Shown here: positions 26,289 through 36,039 of the stretch, one piece after another
How the letters are laid out: every line of letters begins with the position of its first letter
How positions within the stretch are numbered: position 1 is the stretch's first letter
NCBI RefSeq assembly: GCF_018350175.1
Contig: NC_058369.1
Location: forward strand, 10,418,001-10,482,000
Direction: 5' to 3'
Source: Felis catus
Lineage: Eukaryota
Length of the DNA: 64,000 bases
Notes under the pieces: model-generated
Seen by the model: only the letters and a program-made list of their open reading frames with translations
What the model was told of the DNA's origin: nothing
Databases searched by the model: none
Position numbers and translations under genes: made by a program

Positions 26289-27435
26289 GTTTATTGATTT
26301 TTGAGACAGAGAGAGACAGAGCATGAACAGGGGAGGGTCAGAGAGAGAGAGGGAGACACAGAATCCGAAACAGGCTCCAGGCTCTGAGCTGTAGCACAGA
26401 GCCTGATGCGGGGCTTGAACCCATGAACCATGAGATCATGACCTGAGCCGAAGTCAGACACTTAACCCACTGAGCCACCCAGGCGCCCCTCTGCCCTGTT
26501 GTTTTATTATTGACCATCATGTCTCCTTATTGACACCCAAGTATTTCCTTATGACCCAAGAGCATCGTGTAGATCTTAGTTCTCCAACTGAAACAGGTCT
26601 GGAATGAAATACCAGCTCTATCAAGGGCTTGCTATGTGAACTTGGTCAAATCGGTAAACATCTAAAATCTTTCACTGCCTCCTTTCTCTCTTCCATACAC
26701 ATGAGACAGTTTTCTTGGGTTCACTCAACTGGAACGAATTACTTGCTTCCACTTGCAGGCTTTCAGGTGGCTCATGCTTTGGTGGAAGGGGGCTGAACAT
26801 CCCCCCCCCCCCCCCACACACACACACTGTGAACGCTTTTCAGCCAAGGATGTGGAGTGTAACCAGGCAGGACCAATGCAGCATCCCTCAGTGCAGCTGA
26901 TGTCATCTGTACAAGGGAAGGGTCCCAAAGATCTGAGATGCTCCATTCTGGCTGTATCGCAGCCCTGTCCCACTCGGGGCTTGAGCTTACTCAGGAAGAA
27001 TGTGACACTCAGCCCACACCTTTCTGTTTAGGGCATGCTAACAGTACTTAACCCTTCATGTTCTTGAATTAGCTCAGCGTCAGCAAGGCATGTTCCCATC
27101 CCTGGGAGCTAGCTCCTAGGATCCCCTGACTAGGACCCGAGCTTCCCTTGCTCCAGAGCCCCAGAAGATGGATATTTCCATTCCTATACTTTGATTGTAT
27201 TAGTTTCTTACCGCTGTCGTAAACAAGCTATCACAGACGTACTGCTGAAAACCACACAAAAATTTATCTTACAGATTTAGAAGTTCAAAGTTTTAAATGG
27301 GTCTTAGGGGACTAAAATCAAGGTGTCAGCCGAGCTGAATTCCTTCTGGAGACTATGGGGGAGTTTTGTTTTCTCATCTTTTCCAGCATCTAGAGGCTGC
27401 TTGTATTCTTTAGCTAGTGGCCCATTGTTCCATTC

Positions 27436-27524
<89 letters not shown>

Positions 27525-27537
27525 TCCTTAATTTCTT

Positions 27538-27594
<57 letters not shown>

Positions 27595-28763
27595 AACAGA
27601 GCACAAGCAGGGGAGGGGCAGAGAGAGAGGGAGACACAGAATATGAAGCAGGCTCCGGGCTCTGAGCTGTCAGCACCAGAGCCCGACATGGGGCTCGAAC
27701 TCATGAACTGTGACATCATGACCTGAGCTGAAGTCGGATGCTTAACAGACTGAGCCACCCAGGCACCCCACCTGTTGTATGTAGGTGTGGTTTGCCTATG
27801 GTAGAACCACCAAAAATCTGCCTTATATTATAGTTTTTGAGTAAATATCTACTCCCTACCCTGAGATCGTATACCCAGCGAAGGAAAGAAACATACTTTC
27901 TGTGAGAAAACTAGCATCAGATAGCCAATGAAGGTGTCTAAAATGTAAGTAATCTGATCAGCTGTTTCTACTATCTGTGGGCAAAGAACCAAGCAATTCC
28001 ATTGCTTAATGTGACTTTATCTTCGGCTGTCTCCTAAAACTTGGTGCCTCTAGTGTTTGAAGATACAGGAGGGCCTCATCCTGGCATCTATTCTGTGGCT
28101 TCCTGAAGCCTCGTTCAAGAAAAACAAAATATTTGCTCTTGTGTTCAGTTCTGAATAATTTCATGAAGCACAATTTTTATCAACTTATTGTATAGAGATT
28201 AGCATGGGAGCCTGCCCTACTCAAACACCAGAAATTACAGTGATCTTCCTGTAGACCCGGGAAGAAGCAACTTATATTGGGAATGGAAAGGATAAGGGGG
28301 AACAAGACGAAATCCATGTTTTTGACTTTACATCTTAGGTGGTTGACGACACACAGTATTTCCAGCCTTGCATTAATTCCCCCCCCCTCTTTTATTTCTC
28401 CATGTGTAAAGCAACATTTTACAAACTCAGAAGCAGAGAGACCAGGGCGTATATCTTGAAACAGATCATTTTTTTTTCTGTAGTGTATTTCATTGTTCTT
28501 GTCTTCTATACCTTGGGGGTTAGGAAATGCAGGGAGATGGGACTTTTGAGGAAGACCAGTGTTTCTCAAAGTACTTTGTGATATGGCCTTTATGATGATC
28601 CTCTGACATAACCATCTGGCAAGGAAATTTGATGATTGAAACTCACAAAAAAATTGAAGGCTCCTTAAATTTCTTATTTGTTTTTTTCAATGGAAACTTT
28701 AAAATTATCTTTCTGTGGTCTTAGACATAATTTGTAAAATATTATTTTTTCTAGGTTAATTAA
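164..28763 (+). CDS. ADGRE2: Gene A: ADGRE2/EMR2-like adhesion GPCR with 5 EGF + GAIN/GPS + 7TM, 5'-partial. Exons: 164-217, 525-644, 2849-3004, 5865-5996, 6574-6720, 7180-7326, 7415-7461, 7606-7683, 8072-8249, 11087-11194, 11359-11579, 11770-11949, 12507-12704, 13048-13283, 21768-21834, 22117-22208, 23234-23402, 23488-23598, 28755-28763
   Basis: Exons bounded by AG/GT (one GC donor) with compatible phases; 2450 nt spliced and open to TAA. EGF4 [13 protein letters not shown]...[12 protein letters not shown], stalk [28 protein letters not shown]1 [13 protein letters not shown] and terminal VN* match EMR2 as recalled. One-to-one orthology not proven. Confidence 0.9.
525..644 (+). CDS. ADGRE2: Gene A EGF1 exon ([40 protein letters not shown])
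   Basis: 6-Cys EGF pattern, cacag/gtacag, 120 nt. Confidence 0.93.
2849..3004 (+). CDS. ADGRE2: Gene A EGF2 exon, calcium-binding type ([13 protein letters not shown]...ESENTCQ)
   Basis: DIDEC and [10 protein letters not shown] consensus, ttccag/gtaaga, 156 nt. Confidence 0.95.
5352..5800 (+). repeat. ~450 bp low-copy block with copies at ~57900-58200 and ~63476-63935 (both minus strand)
   Basis: Shared strings such as caggaaggcccaccctggacttgtccaagtcctcaggctggga and gagctggagtctcagagt.agcgtgga.gggagcgtg. Confidence 0.8.
5865..5996 (+). CDS. ADGRE2: Gene A EGF3 exon ([12 protein letters not shown]...DPNVCS)
   Basis: 6 Cys, [10 protein letters not shown], ctgcag/gtagag, 132 nt; calcium motif degenerate. 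Confidence 0.85.
6574..6720 (+). CDS. ADGRE2: Gene A EGF4 exon ([18 protein letters not shown]...NNTVCE)
   Basis: Very close to EMR2/CD97 EGF4 as recalled, cctcag/gtccag, 147 nt. Confidence 0.95.
7180..7326 (+). CDS. ADGRE2: Gene A EGF5 exon ([12 protein letters not shown]...QMNTTCQ)
   Basis: cbEGF consensus, ccccag/gtagct, 147 nt. Confidence 0.93.
7415..7461 (+). CDS. ADGRE2: Gene A stalk exon ([16 protein letters not shown])
   Basis: ctgcag/gtgggt, 47 nt, phase 1-0. Confidence 0.9.
7606..7683 (+). CDS. ADGRE2: Gene A stalk exon ([26 protein letters not shown])
   Basis: tcccag/gtaaga, 78 nt. Confidence 0.9.
8072..8249 (+). CDS. ADGRE2: Gene A GAIN exon ([10 protein letters not shown]...SAPAGT) with GC donor
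   Basis: acccag acceptor; ends AG|gcaagt; 178 nt gives the phase needed by the next exon. Confidence 0.88.
8725..10940 (-). mobile_element. Old L1M fragments in gene A intron, with SINEs and a TA repeat inserted
   Basis: L1 ORF2 3' motifs (atctcattgtgggtttgatttgcatttccc); homologous element at gene B ~54520-56460. Confidence 0.75.
10960..10995. repeat. (TG)n microsatellite
   Basis: Seen directly. Confidence 0.95.
11087..11194 (+). CDS. ADGRE2: Gene A GAIN exon ([16 protein letters not shown]...ESSDS)
   Basis: ttatag/gtaagg, 108 nt. Confidence 0.9.
11359..11579 (+). CDS. ADGRE2: Gene A GAIN exon ([13 protein letters not shown]...PVTFIFSHH)
   Basis: ctgcag/gtgagt, 221 nt. Confidence 0.92.
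11770..11949 (+). CDS. ADGRE2: Gene A GPS exon (CVFW...WSTTGC...[19 protein letters not shown])
   Basis: Canonical GPS; autoproteolysis HL|S at 11905-11913; ctacag/gtgaga, 180 nt. Confidence 0.95.
12010..12475. mobile_element. Old MaLR (MLT1-like) LTR in GPS-TM1 intron; near-identical mirror copy at ~53023-53488
   Basis: MLT1-like motifs (aaacataaatttat..., ggttgctggcagaattccgttccttgcagttgtagg). Confidence 0.6.
12507..12704 (+). CDS. ADGRE2: Gene A TM1-TM2 exon
   Basis: [24 protein letters not shown]...; tcccag/gtactg, 198 nt. Confidence 0.95.
12893..12955. repeat. (TA)n microsatellite; much shorter in the gene B mirror at ~52600
   Basis: Seen directly. Confidence 0.95.
13048..13283 (+). 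CDS. ADGRE2: Gene A TM3-TM4 exon
   Basis: [24 protein letters not shown]...GYGVP; ccccag/gtaagt, 236 nt. Confidence 0.95.
14733..15357 (-). mobile_element. Solo ERV LTR (carnivore type) in gene A intron
   Basis: TG...CA ends, minus-strand AATAAA near 14860, interrupts an old L1; both ends homologous to 31784-32277. Confidence 0.75.
15394..15615 (-). mobile_element. Felid Can-SINE (SINEC_Fc type)
   Basis: GGGGCGCCTGGGTGGCGCAGTCGG head, CT tract, A tail, TSD tattttctgcatttttaa. Confidence 0.95.
20370..20597 (-). mobile_element. Felid Can-SINE
   Basis: Full consensus, TSD atgaaatgtctttttt. Confidence 0.93.
21768..21834 (+). CDS. ADGRE2: Gene A ECL2/TM5a exon ([22 protein letters not shown])
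   Basis: CWL motif; gcccag/gtgagt, 67 nt. Confidence 0.92.
22117..22208 (+). CDS. ADGRE2: Gene A TM5b/ICL3 exon ([30 protein letters not shown])
   Basis: ccgaag/gtaagg, 92 nt. Confidence 0.9.
23234..23402 (+). CDS. ADGRE2: Gene A TM6-TM7 exon
   Basis: [17 protein letters not shown]...[18 protein letters not shown]; acccag/gtacca, 169 nt. Confidence 0.95.
23488..23598 (+). CDS. ADGRE2: Gene A cytoplasmic tail exon ([11 protein letters not shown]...DASTPNT)
   Basis: ttgcag/gtagga, 111 nt. Confidence 0.9.
24234..24448 (-). mobile_element. Felid Can-SINE; further copies near 21184, 22735, 24971, 25462, 26253, 27530, 30115
   Basis: TSD ttaaccaagttcttt, tRNA-derived head. Confidence 0.92.
27437..27590. 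repeat. (TTTC)n followed by (GA)n
   Basis: Seen directly; GA tract belongs to a SINE. Confidence 0.95.
28755..28763 (+). CDS. ADGRE2: Gene A terminal exon coding part (VN*), followed by 3' UTR
   Basis: tttttctag|GTT AAT TAA; downstream sequence (gactttgttgtgtgtgtttcaagaaattca) resembles the human ADGRE2 3' UTR as recalled. Confidence 0.75.
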   Translation, partial: VN

Positions 28764-30136
28764 AACAACCCTTTGAATTATATATTCTTAAATCCGTGGA
28801 AAACTGGAACTGTTATTCTCTGAGCCCCTGACAGAGGACAAGTAAGACTTTGTTGTGTGTGTTTCAAGAAATTCATCGTGTCGGCAATGTGAAAGACGTC
28901 AACCATGCTTGACATTCAGTTCCTGCAAAATCTGGAATTTGTATGTGCCTTTAAGTGTGCTTAGAAAACTTCCAACATAGAAAGGGCCAGCTGTGGCTCA
29001 ATTTCTTGGTCACTCTGGGTTAAGCCCTTCACCGAAGCCTCTCCTTCCTACAAAGACGAGTCCAGATGTTGACAATCTATGAGCCAGAAAACTCACCTCA
29101 ACGGATTTTCCTACGTACAACATTCATGGCGGGGGAGTGGGGGGGGGTGGTGGTGGTTAGGGAATTTACATATGCATTGGGTAGGAGGGCACAAACATTC
29201 AGTCCACAACAATCTGTAAGATGGAAAACCAGAAGAAAGGGGTACTGTGGTCCAGGGGATCCTGTGCCTGTGGGGACATGGTAGGCGTGGGACAAACCCT
29301 CGTTGGGGAGGGCAGGTGGGAGAGAGCTCGAGGGTTATCTGATAGCAGCATCCCTAGATGGTGACGGTTTGGGAGGCAGATCTCAGCATTTGTCCCTTTC
29401 TCTTCACCTTTAAAGCCTATCAAATCTTGTCTCCTTATTTATAATGGGAATAACAGTGTTAATTTCCTGATGGGTCATTTTTGAATGTTAAGTGAGAAAA
29501 TAAAGACTAAGTTCTGGTAGGAAACCCAAAGACGAGAGTTAACTGGGGCAAGTGGGCATGGCTGTTTCTAGCTCATTTCTCCAGAATTCTGTCCTCAAGT
29601 TAGACACTGCCATGAGGCAAGTCTCTGAAGTGAGATTCCGCTTGTCACACTAGAGCTCCAGTACAAGACCCATCCATCAAAGGTGGCAGCGAGGGACGAA
29701 GAGACAGGGTTGAAGAGGTCTTTCCCTTCAGCTCTCTGCTTTGGGGGGCGGCTGTGAGCAGCTTACGTCACCACTTGCCCCCATTCCTTGATCTGATGGC
29801 TATTGTGTGGACGAGGAAGCAGGGACTCAATCAGGATTTAGCACCTTGGTAGAGAACGTAGAATCTGGACACCAGAAGTATGTTACAAGAAGCTTTCAGA
29901 AGCTGAAAGTTAAGGAGCCCATGTGTCATGGAACTGGTAAGTTTAAAAGTCAGGGACCACAAAACCACAAACAGCAGAACATGCAGACTTAGAGTCATCA
30001 AGTCCCAGGGACGACTTTGATATCCAGAGGTTGGGTTCTTGGGTTCTAGCCATGTAAGATTGTGAGAGAGAGCATCTGGGATATGGAAGTTCCCAGGGAT
30101 TCAGAGGGGGCTTTAAAAAATGTTTATTTATTTATT

Positions 30137-30190
<54 letters not shown>

Positions 30191-31783
30191 CAAGCAGGGA
30201 AGGGGCAAAGAGAGAGGGAGACACAGAATCCGAAGCAGCCTCCAGGCTCTGAGCTGTAGCACAGAGCCTGATGTGGGGCTTGAACCCATGAACCACGAGA
30301 TCATGACCTGAGCTGACGTAGGCTGCTTAACTGACTGAGCCACCCAGGTGCCCCAGAAAAGTGGGCTTAAGAAGTGAAATAGAAGCCAGGGCACTGGGGG
30401 AAGGAGTAGTAAAATAGAATGCATGGAGGGGACCGACCACTGGGGAATGCTAGGGGCTGAGCTAGATCAGTCATCCTTCCTTTGGGACATTCTGGGCTAG
30501 GAGTTCCAAAGACTGATAGGTAGGGATAGGGGCCTGGGAAGAACTAAGTGAGATATTTTGTGAGTGAAGATGGGAAGATCAGGGATGGTGAGGGGGCTTG
30601 ATAGGCATTGGGTTGTTTTGAGAGAAGCTGGTGTTAGGGGAACTGGGGAGACACTAGGTGGTGTGTAGGGGCTGGGGGGAAGTGGGAGCAACAGGGATTT
30701 GGAGAGAGACCGCATCAGGGGTGAGTACGGCCGTAGACAGGGGGTAGGGGATGGATGGGAAAGACTAGGAGGGACAGGGGATAGATAGAGGGAGACATGG
30801 AGGAATGGTGGCTGGAGGGTGCAGGAAGGTGCAGGAGTGGGGCCCCTTAGAGGGCTTGCGGGGATTCAGGACGGTGGGCTGAGTAGGTCTGAGGTGGTAT
30901 AACAACTGGGGGAACAGGAAGGGAGGGGGTGGGAAAATGGGGGAGGTTTGTGGACCTGAGGAAAAATGAGGTGAGCTGGTGGGACTGGAGCACCCAGGAC
31001 ACTCTGGGGATTATTGATCTGGCGATGTGGGATGGACAGAAGTCCAGTGGTTCTCAGGTGGCTGGAACCATTGAGTACAAGCAGGGTGGATGGAGGGGAG
31101 AACAAGGGGAAACAAGAGTGTGTGGTTGTAAAAGAAGGCAGTGAAGTACAGGAGCCCTGGAAGCATGGGAAGGAGTGAGAACTTGGGGAGAAATTATAAT
31201 AAATTTAATATGGGGCCAAGTATTTGGTAGAGACAGAGGAAGGCTAGAAGTGTTTGCATCCCTGATAGGGCTCAGGGTGCCAGGTGAGGGGCTGAAAGGC
31301 TGCTGTTGAAATAGGGATATAGGAAAAGTGTGAGAAGAATGGGAAGGATTGGGCAGATATATGAGACCAGGGAAGGAAATAGGTGATGGGTGTTTGAATG
31401 GAATCAGAATGTTCTTGGTGTTCTTTGCCATTGGGCGCAGGGTGACTCTGGACTTGGTGGAGGTTACCGGACTTAGGGAGATTGGGATGGGAGAGAAAAT
31501 GGGATGATGAAGGGGGTGGGCAATGGTTTGTAGAAAGTGGGGGCGGGGTTTGCAGACTTAGGGAAGACTAGGTGGATAGAGGTAGGGGAATATAGTGATG
31601 CTGGCAGACCAAGATGGGAAGGGAGGTGGAGAAATGGACTAGAAGTAGTGAGGAAAGGGGAGAGCCTGGGGGAGCCTGGTGAAGAGACCCGTCTGAGGAG
31701 TTTCTTCAAGAGGAGAAAAAGGAGCAGCTATGCCCACACCTCTCTTCTCTGCCCCCTCATCCACGGGCAGCTGTGCCATATAA

Positions 31784-32277
31784 TGTCTTCGAGCAGTTAT
31801 AGCTCAGACTTTGAGTCCGGAGTTCTCGTCCAGCAAGAGAGCAGATGCAGAAATGAAAACGAGAGAGGCTAATGTCTGGGAGGAGACAAGGGCCCCGAAT
31901 AGGGGTTGTGTCTCCATAGGTATTGAGCTCTCAAGATTCTACATACGCGGCGAACATGCAGAAGAAAACAATCAGATAGTAGCCATTAACTTGTGTGCGT
32001 AAGAAGCAAAGGGTTTGGGGGGCAGGTGGCATTTGAAGTTGTGATCAAAGCACAATGATATACTGGCGCCAGATGGAAAGTGTTTTCCTGCAGGCGATGT
32101 AACTAATTAGCTTCTATCTTTAAAGTTTAAGATTGATGGAGCATGCAGCTTTAAGGATAACAATTTACTTGTCTCGCTAACCAACCTTGGGTGCTTTCAC
32201 GCTGCGGGGGGCTTTCCAGCCTATGCTTTGTTAACCCTTAAGTGTAAGTTAGAGAATTCTTAAACTTATTTCCCACA
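31784..32277 (-). mobile_element. ERV LTR related to 14733-15357
   Basis: Shared blocks ggagttctcg..tccagcaagagag, gagagaggctaatgtc.gggaggagacaag and terminal cttatt.cccaca. Confidence 0.7.
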
Positions 32278-33653
32278 CAACTATTGTTAAGGTTATGAGT
32301 ACAGCACTGACTTCCTATTCAGAGAGAACATTACAGGGTTTTCTGATTTCCAAAGGAACGCGAGAAAAATGCAGAACATTTGGAAAGTTTTGAAAAGCAT
32401 GATGGAAAACTAAATGTTAGGGATCCCACGCTGAGAAAAAGGTCATGGTTGACCTGATGGGCATTTTTCTCTCTGTCTCCATCTCTCATTCTTTGACTTT
32501 CTGTCATCCACACCCAGGTGGGTGATCCATTCCTTTGGGGCACACGTGACTTTTTTTTTTTTTTTTTTTACCTCCTCCATGTTGGTCTAAAGCCAGAGAC
32601 CATGACTTGGAGCTGGTCCAGGTGGCTCCCACTCATGACAACCACCATTCGGAACTAACCACTGGGAACGGGAAACCCTTTAGACCAGTGTCCCCCAACT
32701 TCAGACACTCCTCTGACACCACCATGATTTTTGCTATATGTGGTGTCCACGGTCACGTTTATCTTTATCTTGACTCTGTTTTTCAGCATCCTAACTAATC
32801 ATAAGTTTTTCTCCCATTATGCCTTCAAATAAGCCAAATTTATAAAGACTTGGAAAAAACATTCATTGATACATCAATCAACATCTCAAGAGTTATATTT
32901 TGGAAAGAATTTTCAGGGTGCTCATTTTATTCATCCCACTTGCCTTAATTTGCGCGGAGGCCCATTCATCTGTGCACTTGCCTGTTAGATATCCAGCGCT
33001 AAGCACATAGCGTATTGCCAGACACACAAGAGAAAACACGTTATTAGTTAAGTGACCAAATAGATTATTTCATACATCTTTTTTATACCCATTCTAGGGA
33101 TGAAGAAATTAAGACTTACGGACACGAACTAATTGGTCCATGGTCACACAGTTAGCAAGCAGCTGAGCTAGGACATGTTCCCAGTTGGAGATAAACTTAA
33201 AAAATCAATGTTCGCACATGGGACTATCTTGAGACAGTGCCTGAAAGGGGTCGGTAAGAGGTGGACTTGGAAAGTCTCTTTGAAGTGGTATTTGGAAGGA
33301 ATCTGCATTTTGGGAAGAGAATGAGAGGAGAAGGAATTATGCCACGTGCCTTGTAAAGCGATTGGAAGCTTTCAGACAAGCAAGTGACTTCTCTCCCTTC
33401 CAAAAATGTTTATGCGTTTGGAATATGGTTGTATTTGTGAAGTGAGAGATTTGAGTAAAATAGAGTCCGGAAAATATGAAAATATTTTTCTATTCCCCAA
33501 ATACAGAGATGACGCCATTTTGTAGGGGTGAGAATCGTGAAAGTCAGGTGTGAATCTCATCAGCCCTAGACAGAAGTAATAATCTGCTTACCTGGGTTTT
33601 TCTTTTCTTTTTTCTTTTTGTAATAAATTAAGATTTTAATGGTTCTACTTTTC

Positions 33654-34543
33654 TTTTTTTTTGATGTAAACAAGGATTTATTTCATACTGAAACATTAAG
33701 AAATGTCTATTAATTATGTAGGAATTGGTAGTTCAGTTTACTCTAGCAATATTCATCTTCAAAATTCTTTGGGGGCATTAATATTCTATTTCTCGTGATT
33801 AATGCAGGGTCATTCTCTTCTTGAATACACAATATGTTATGTTATTTACATTACTGTACCTCATAACATTACCACTTTTAGGCACGTTAGCAATGGAGTT
33901 TAGAAACATCTATGAAGACTCGTTTTCTGGATCTCTTCAGCTGTTTCAATTTTAACAGAATTGTTTGGTAATGTCTGGAGCTACAAATAGAAACTTTATG
34001 AATAATTATGTCTGAGACTATGGTGATAGCTTACAAACTACTATTTAGATACCAACTTTTCTTCTCCATCACCTAATAGTCTAAATTCCTCTGTCCGCAG
34101 ACCAAACCCATCCATATCTTGATATAACCATAGCCTTCCACAATTGAAGCTTTCTCTCTAGCACAATACATGTGCTACTTTTCACTCCCATCAGCCTCCA
34201 GTTTTCTCCTTCCATTTTATATTATGTAAGATGGATTGCTTTTCCTCAACTCCTCTTTTTTCCTCAGGTCAAAGTCCCATGGATCTTTTAAGATAAGACT
34301 TAGTTTCTAGATTCATCTCTCCTCTGTGGCATTTTGTAAGACTTCCCCAAAGAGTAAATTTCTCACTTAAACACCAGTTTTCAGAAGGGTTAATGTACAT
34401 ATTTTTTATTCACAAAGAAATTGTCAATACCCTTACAGAAGTAAAAGAAAGTAGCAAAAATATGTCCAAAAGACCATAAAAACTCCTGTAATCCTACCTA
34501 CCTAGAAATAATTTCCTTTCTTATGCATCCTCACATATGTACA
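33654..34543 (-). mobile_element. 890 bp retroposed insert of unrecognised source
   Basis: Perfect 17 bp TSD TAATGGTTCTACTTTTC (33637-33653 and 34544-34560), minus-strand AATAAA at 33677-33682, A9 tail at 33654-33662. Confidence 0.8.
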
Positions 34544-34603
34544 TAATGGTTCTACTTTTCATTGCACAAGAAATCTATATTTTTTCTTGTTGTAATTCCT
34601 TTA

Positions 34604-34868
34604 TTTATTTATTTATTATTATTATTACTATTATTATTATTTTATAAAAGATACACACACAACTTTAACATTTATTTATTTTTGGGACAGAGAGAGACAG
34701 AGCATGAACGGGGGAGGGGCAGAGAGAGAGGGAGACACAGAATCGGAAACAGGCTCCAGGCTCCGAGCCATCAGCCCAGAGCCCGACGCGGGGCTCGAAC
34801 TCACGGACCGCGAGATCGTGACCTGGCTGAAGTCGGACGCTTAACCGACTGTGCCACCCAGGCGCCCC
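34604..34868 (-). mobile_element. Felid Can-SINE with extended tail
   Basis: TSD tgttgtaattccttta (34588-34603 and 34869-34884). Confidence 0.93.
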
Positions 34869-35519
34869 TGTTGTAATTCCTTTAAATGCTGTAGGAATCT
34901 ATACATTGAAAGTTTCCCCTTACGTCCCATTTACACCCCCTTACATCACAGACACATGCCCACATTCTTTCTATAGGCGTCTACTGTTTATAGTTTTGTT
35001 AAAAAATTTTTTCTTTCCAACTAAAACTTTTATTTTATTAATATAACTTATTGTCAAATTGGCTAACATAGAGTGTGTAAAGTGTGCTAATTTTTCTTAA
35101 ATTTTATTTATTTTTGAGAGAGAGACAGAGGGAGTGAGCAGGGAAGGGGCAGAGAGAGAAGGAGAGAGAGAATGTCAAGCAGGTTCTGTGCTGTCAGCAT
35201 GGAGCCTGATGTGGAGCTCAACTCACAAGCCATGAGGTCATGACCTGAGCTGAAACTAAGAGTCGGATGTTTAACGGACTGAGCCACCCGGGTGCCCCTA
35301 CTGTGTATAGTTTTATATTCATCTTTCTTATTATTTCTATGCATGTACGTATATATTTGTATATCTCCATGCATGTTATAGAAATGGGTTCATATTCTGT
35401 GTACCATCGTGGAATTCATTTTTCACATATAGCTTTTACACAGTTGTAGAGTATTCCCTCGTATGGCTGTATCATGTTTAACTACTTCTTGTGAATGAAC
35501 ATTTGGGTTACCTCCTAGC

Positions 35520-35770
35520 AGTGAAATACTTTCTGCTTTGTGAGCTACGTGGGCTCGGTCACAACGACACAAACCTTCTGTAAAGGCTCAGACAGGAAAT
35601 ATTTCAGCTTTGTGAGCCATATGGTCTCTGTTACGATGACTCAACTCCATGGTTGTCCCTGCCAAACTCAGGCACAGACAGAACATCAACGAACGGGCAC
35701 GACTGTGCCAATAAAACTTCATTTACAAACACAAGCAGCCAGCCCACGTGCTGTAGTTTGCCAAACCGGA
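35520..35770. mobile_element. MER58-like hAT DNA transposon relic; shorter piece at ~48120-48230
   Basis: gactgtgccaataaaacttcatttacaaacaca...gctgtagtttgcc motif. Confidence 0.55.
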
Positions 35771-36039
35771 TTATGAGCAGACGTAAGTCTTGGGGTCAGA
35801 GTCCGAATTCAGGGGCCTGCATGTCTGAGAGGACAGAGGAGAAATTGAATGGGATAAGGACAGAATGCTCATATGTAAGTGGCCCTCCTTGCAGCCCTGT
35901 CTACATCAGCACAACCCTACCCCTGAAGCAGGGCCGGCTGGATGTGATGGCACACCTGATCCAGTGAGTCCCTGTGTTCCAACTGCTACTGCCATTCATT
36001 CATTCATTCATTCATTCATTCATTCATTCATTCATGTAA

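Noticed and set aside
164..28763. Gene A as ADGRE5/CD97
   Set aside because: EGF domains are similar, but the 7TM (EEDPVL..., [15 protein letters not shown]) and the VN* end are EMR2-type, with no CD97-like PDZ tail
29499..29504. AATAAA as the gene A poly(A) signal
   Set aside because: It lies in a MIR-like relic and cannot be distinguished from chance without 3'-end data
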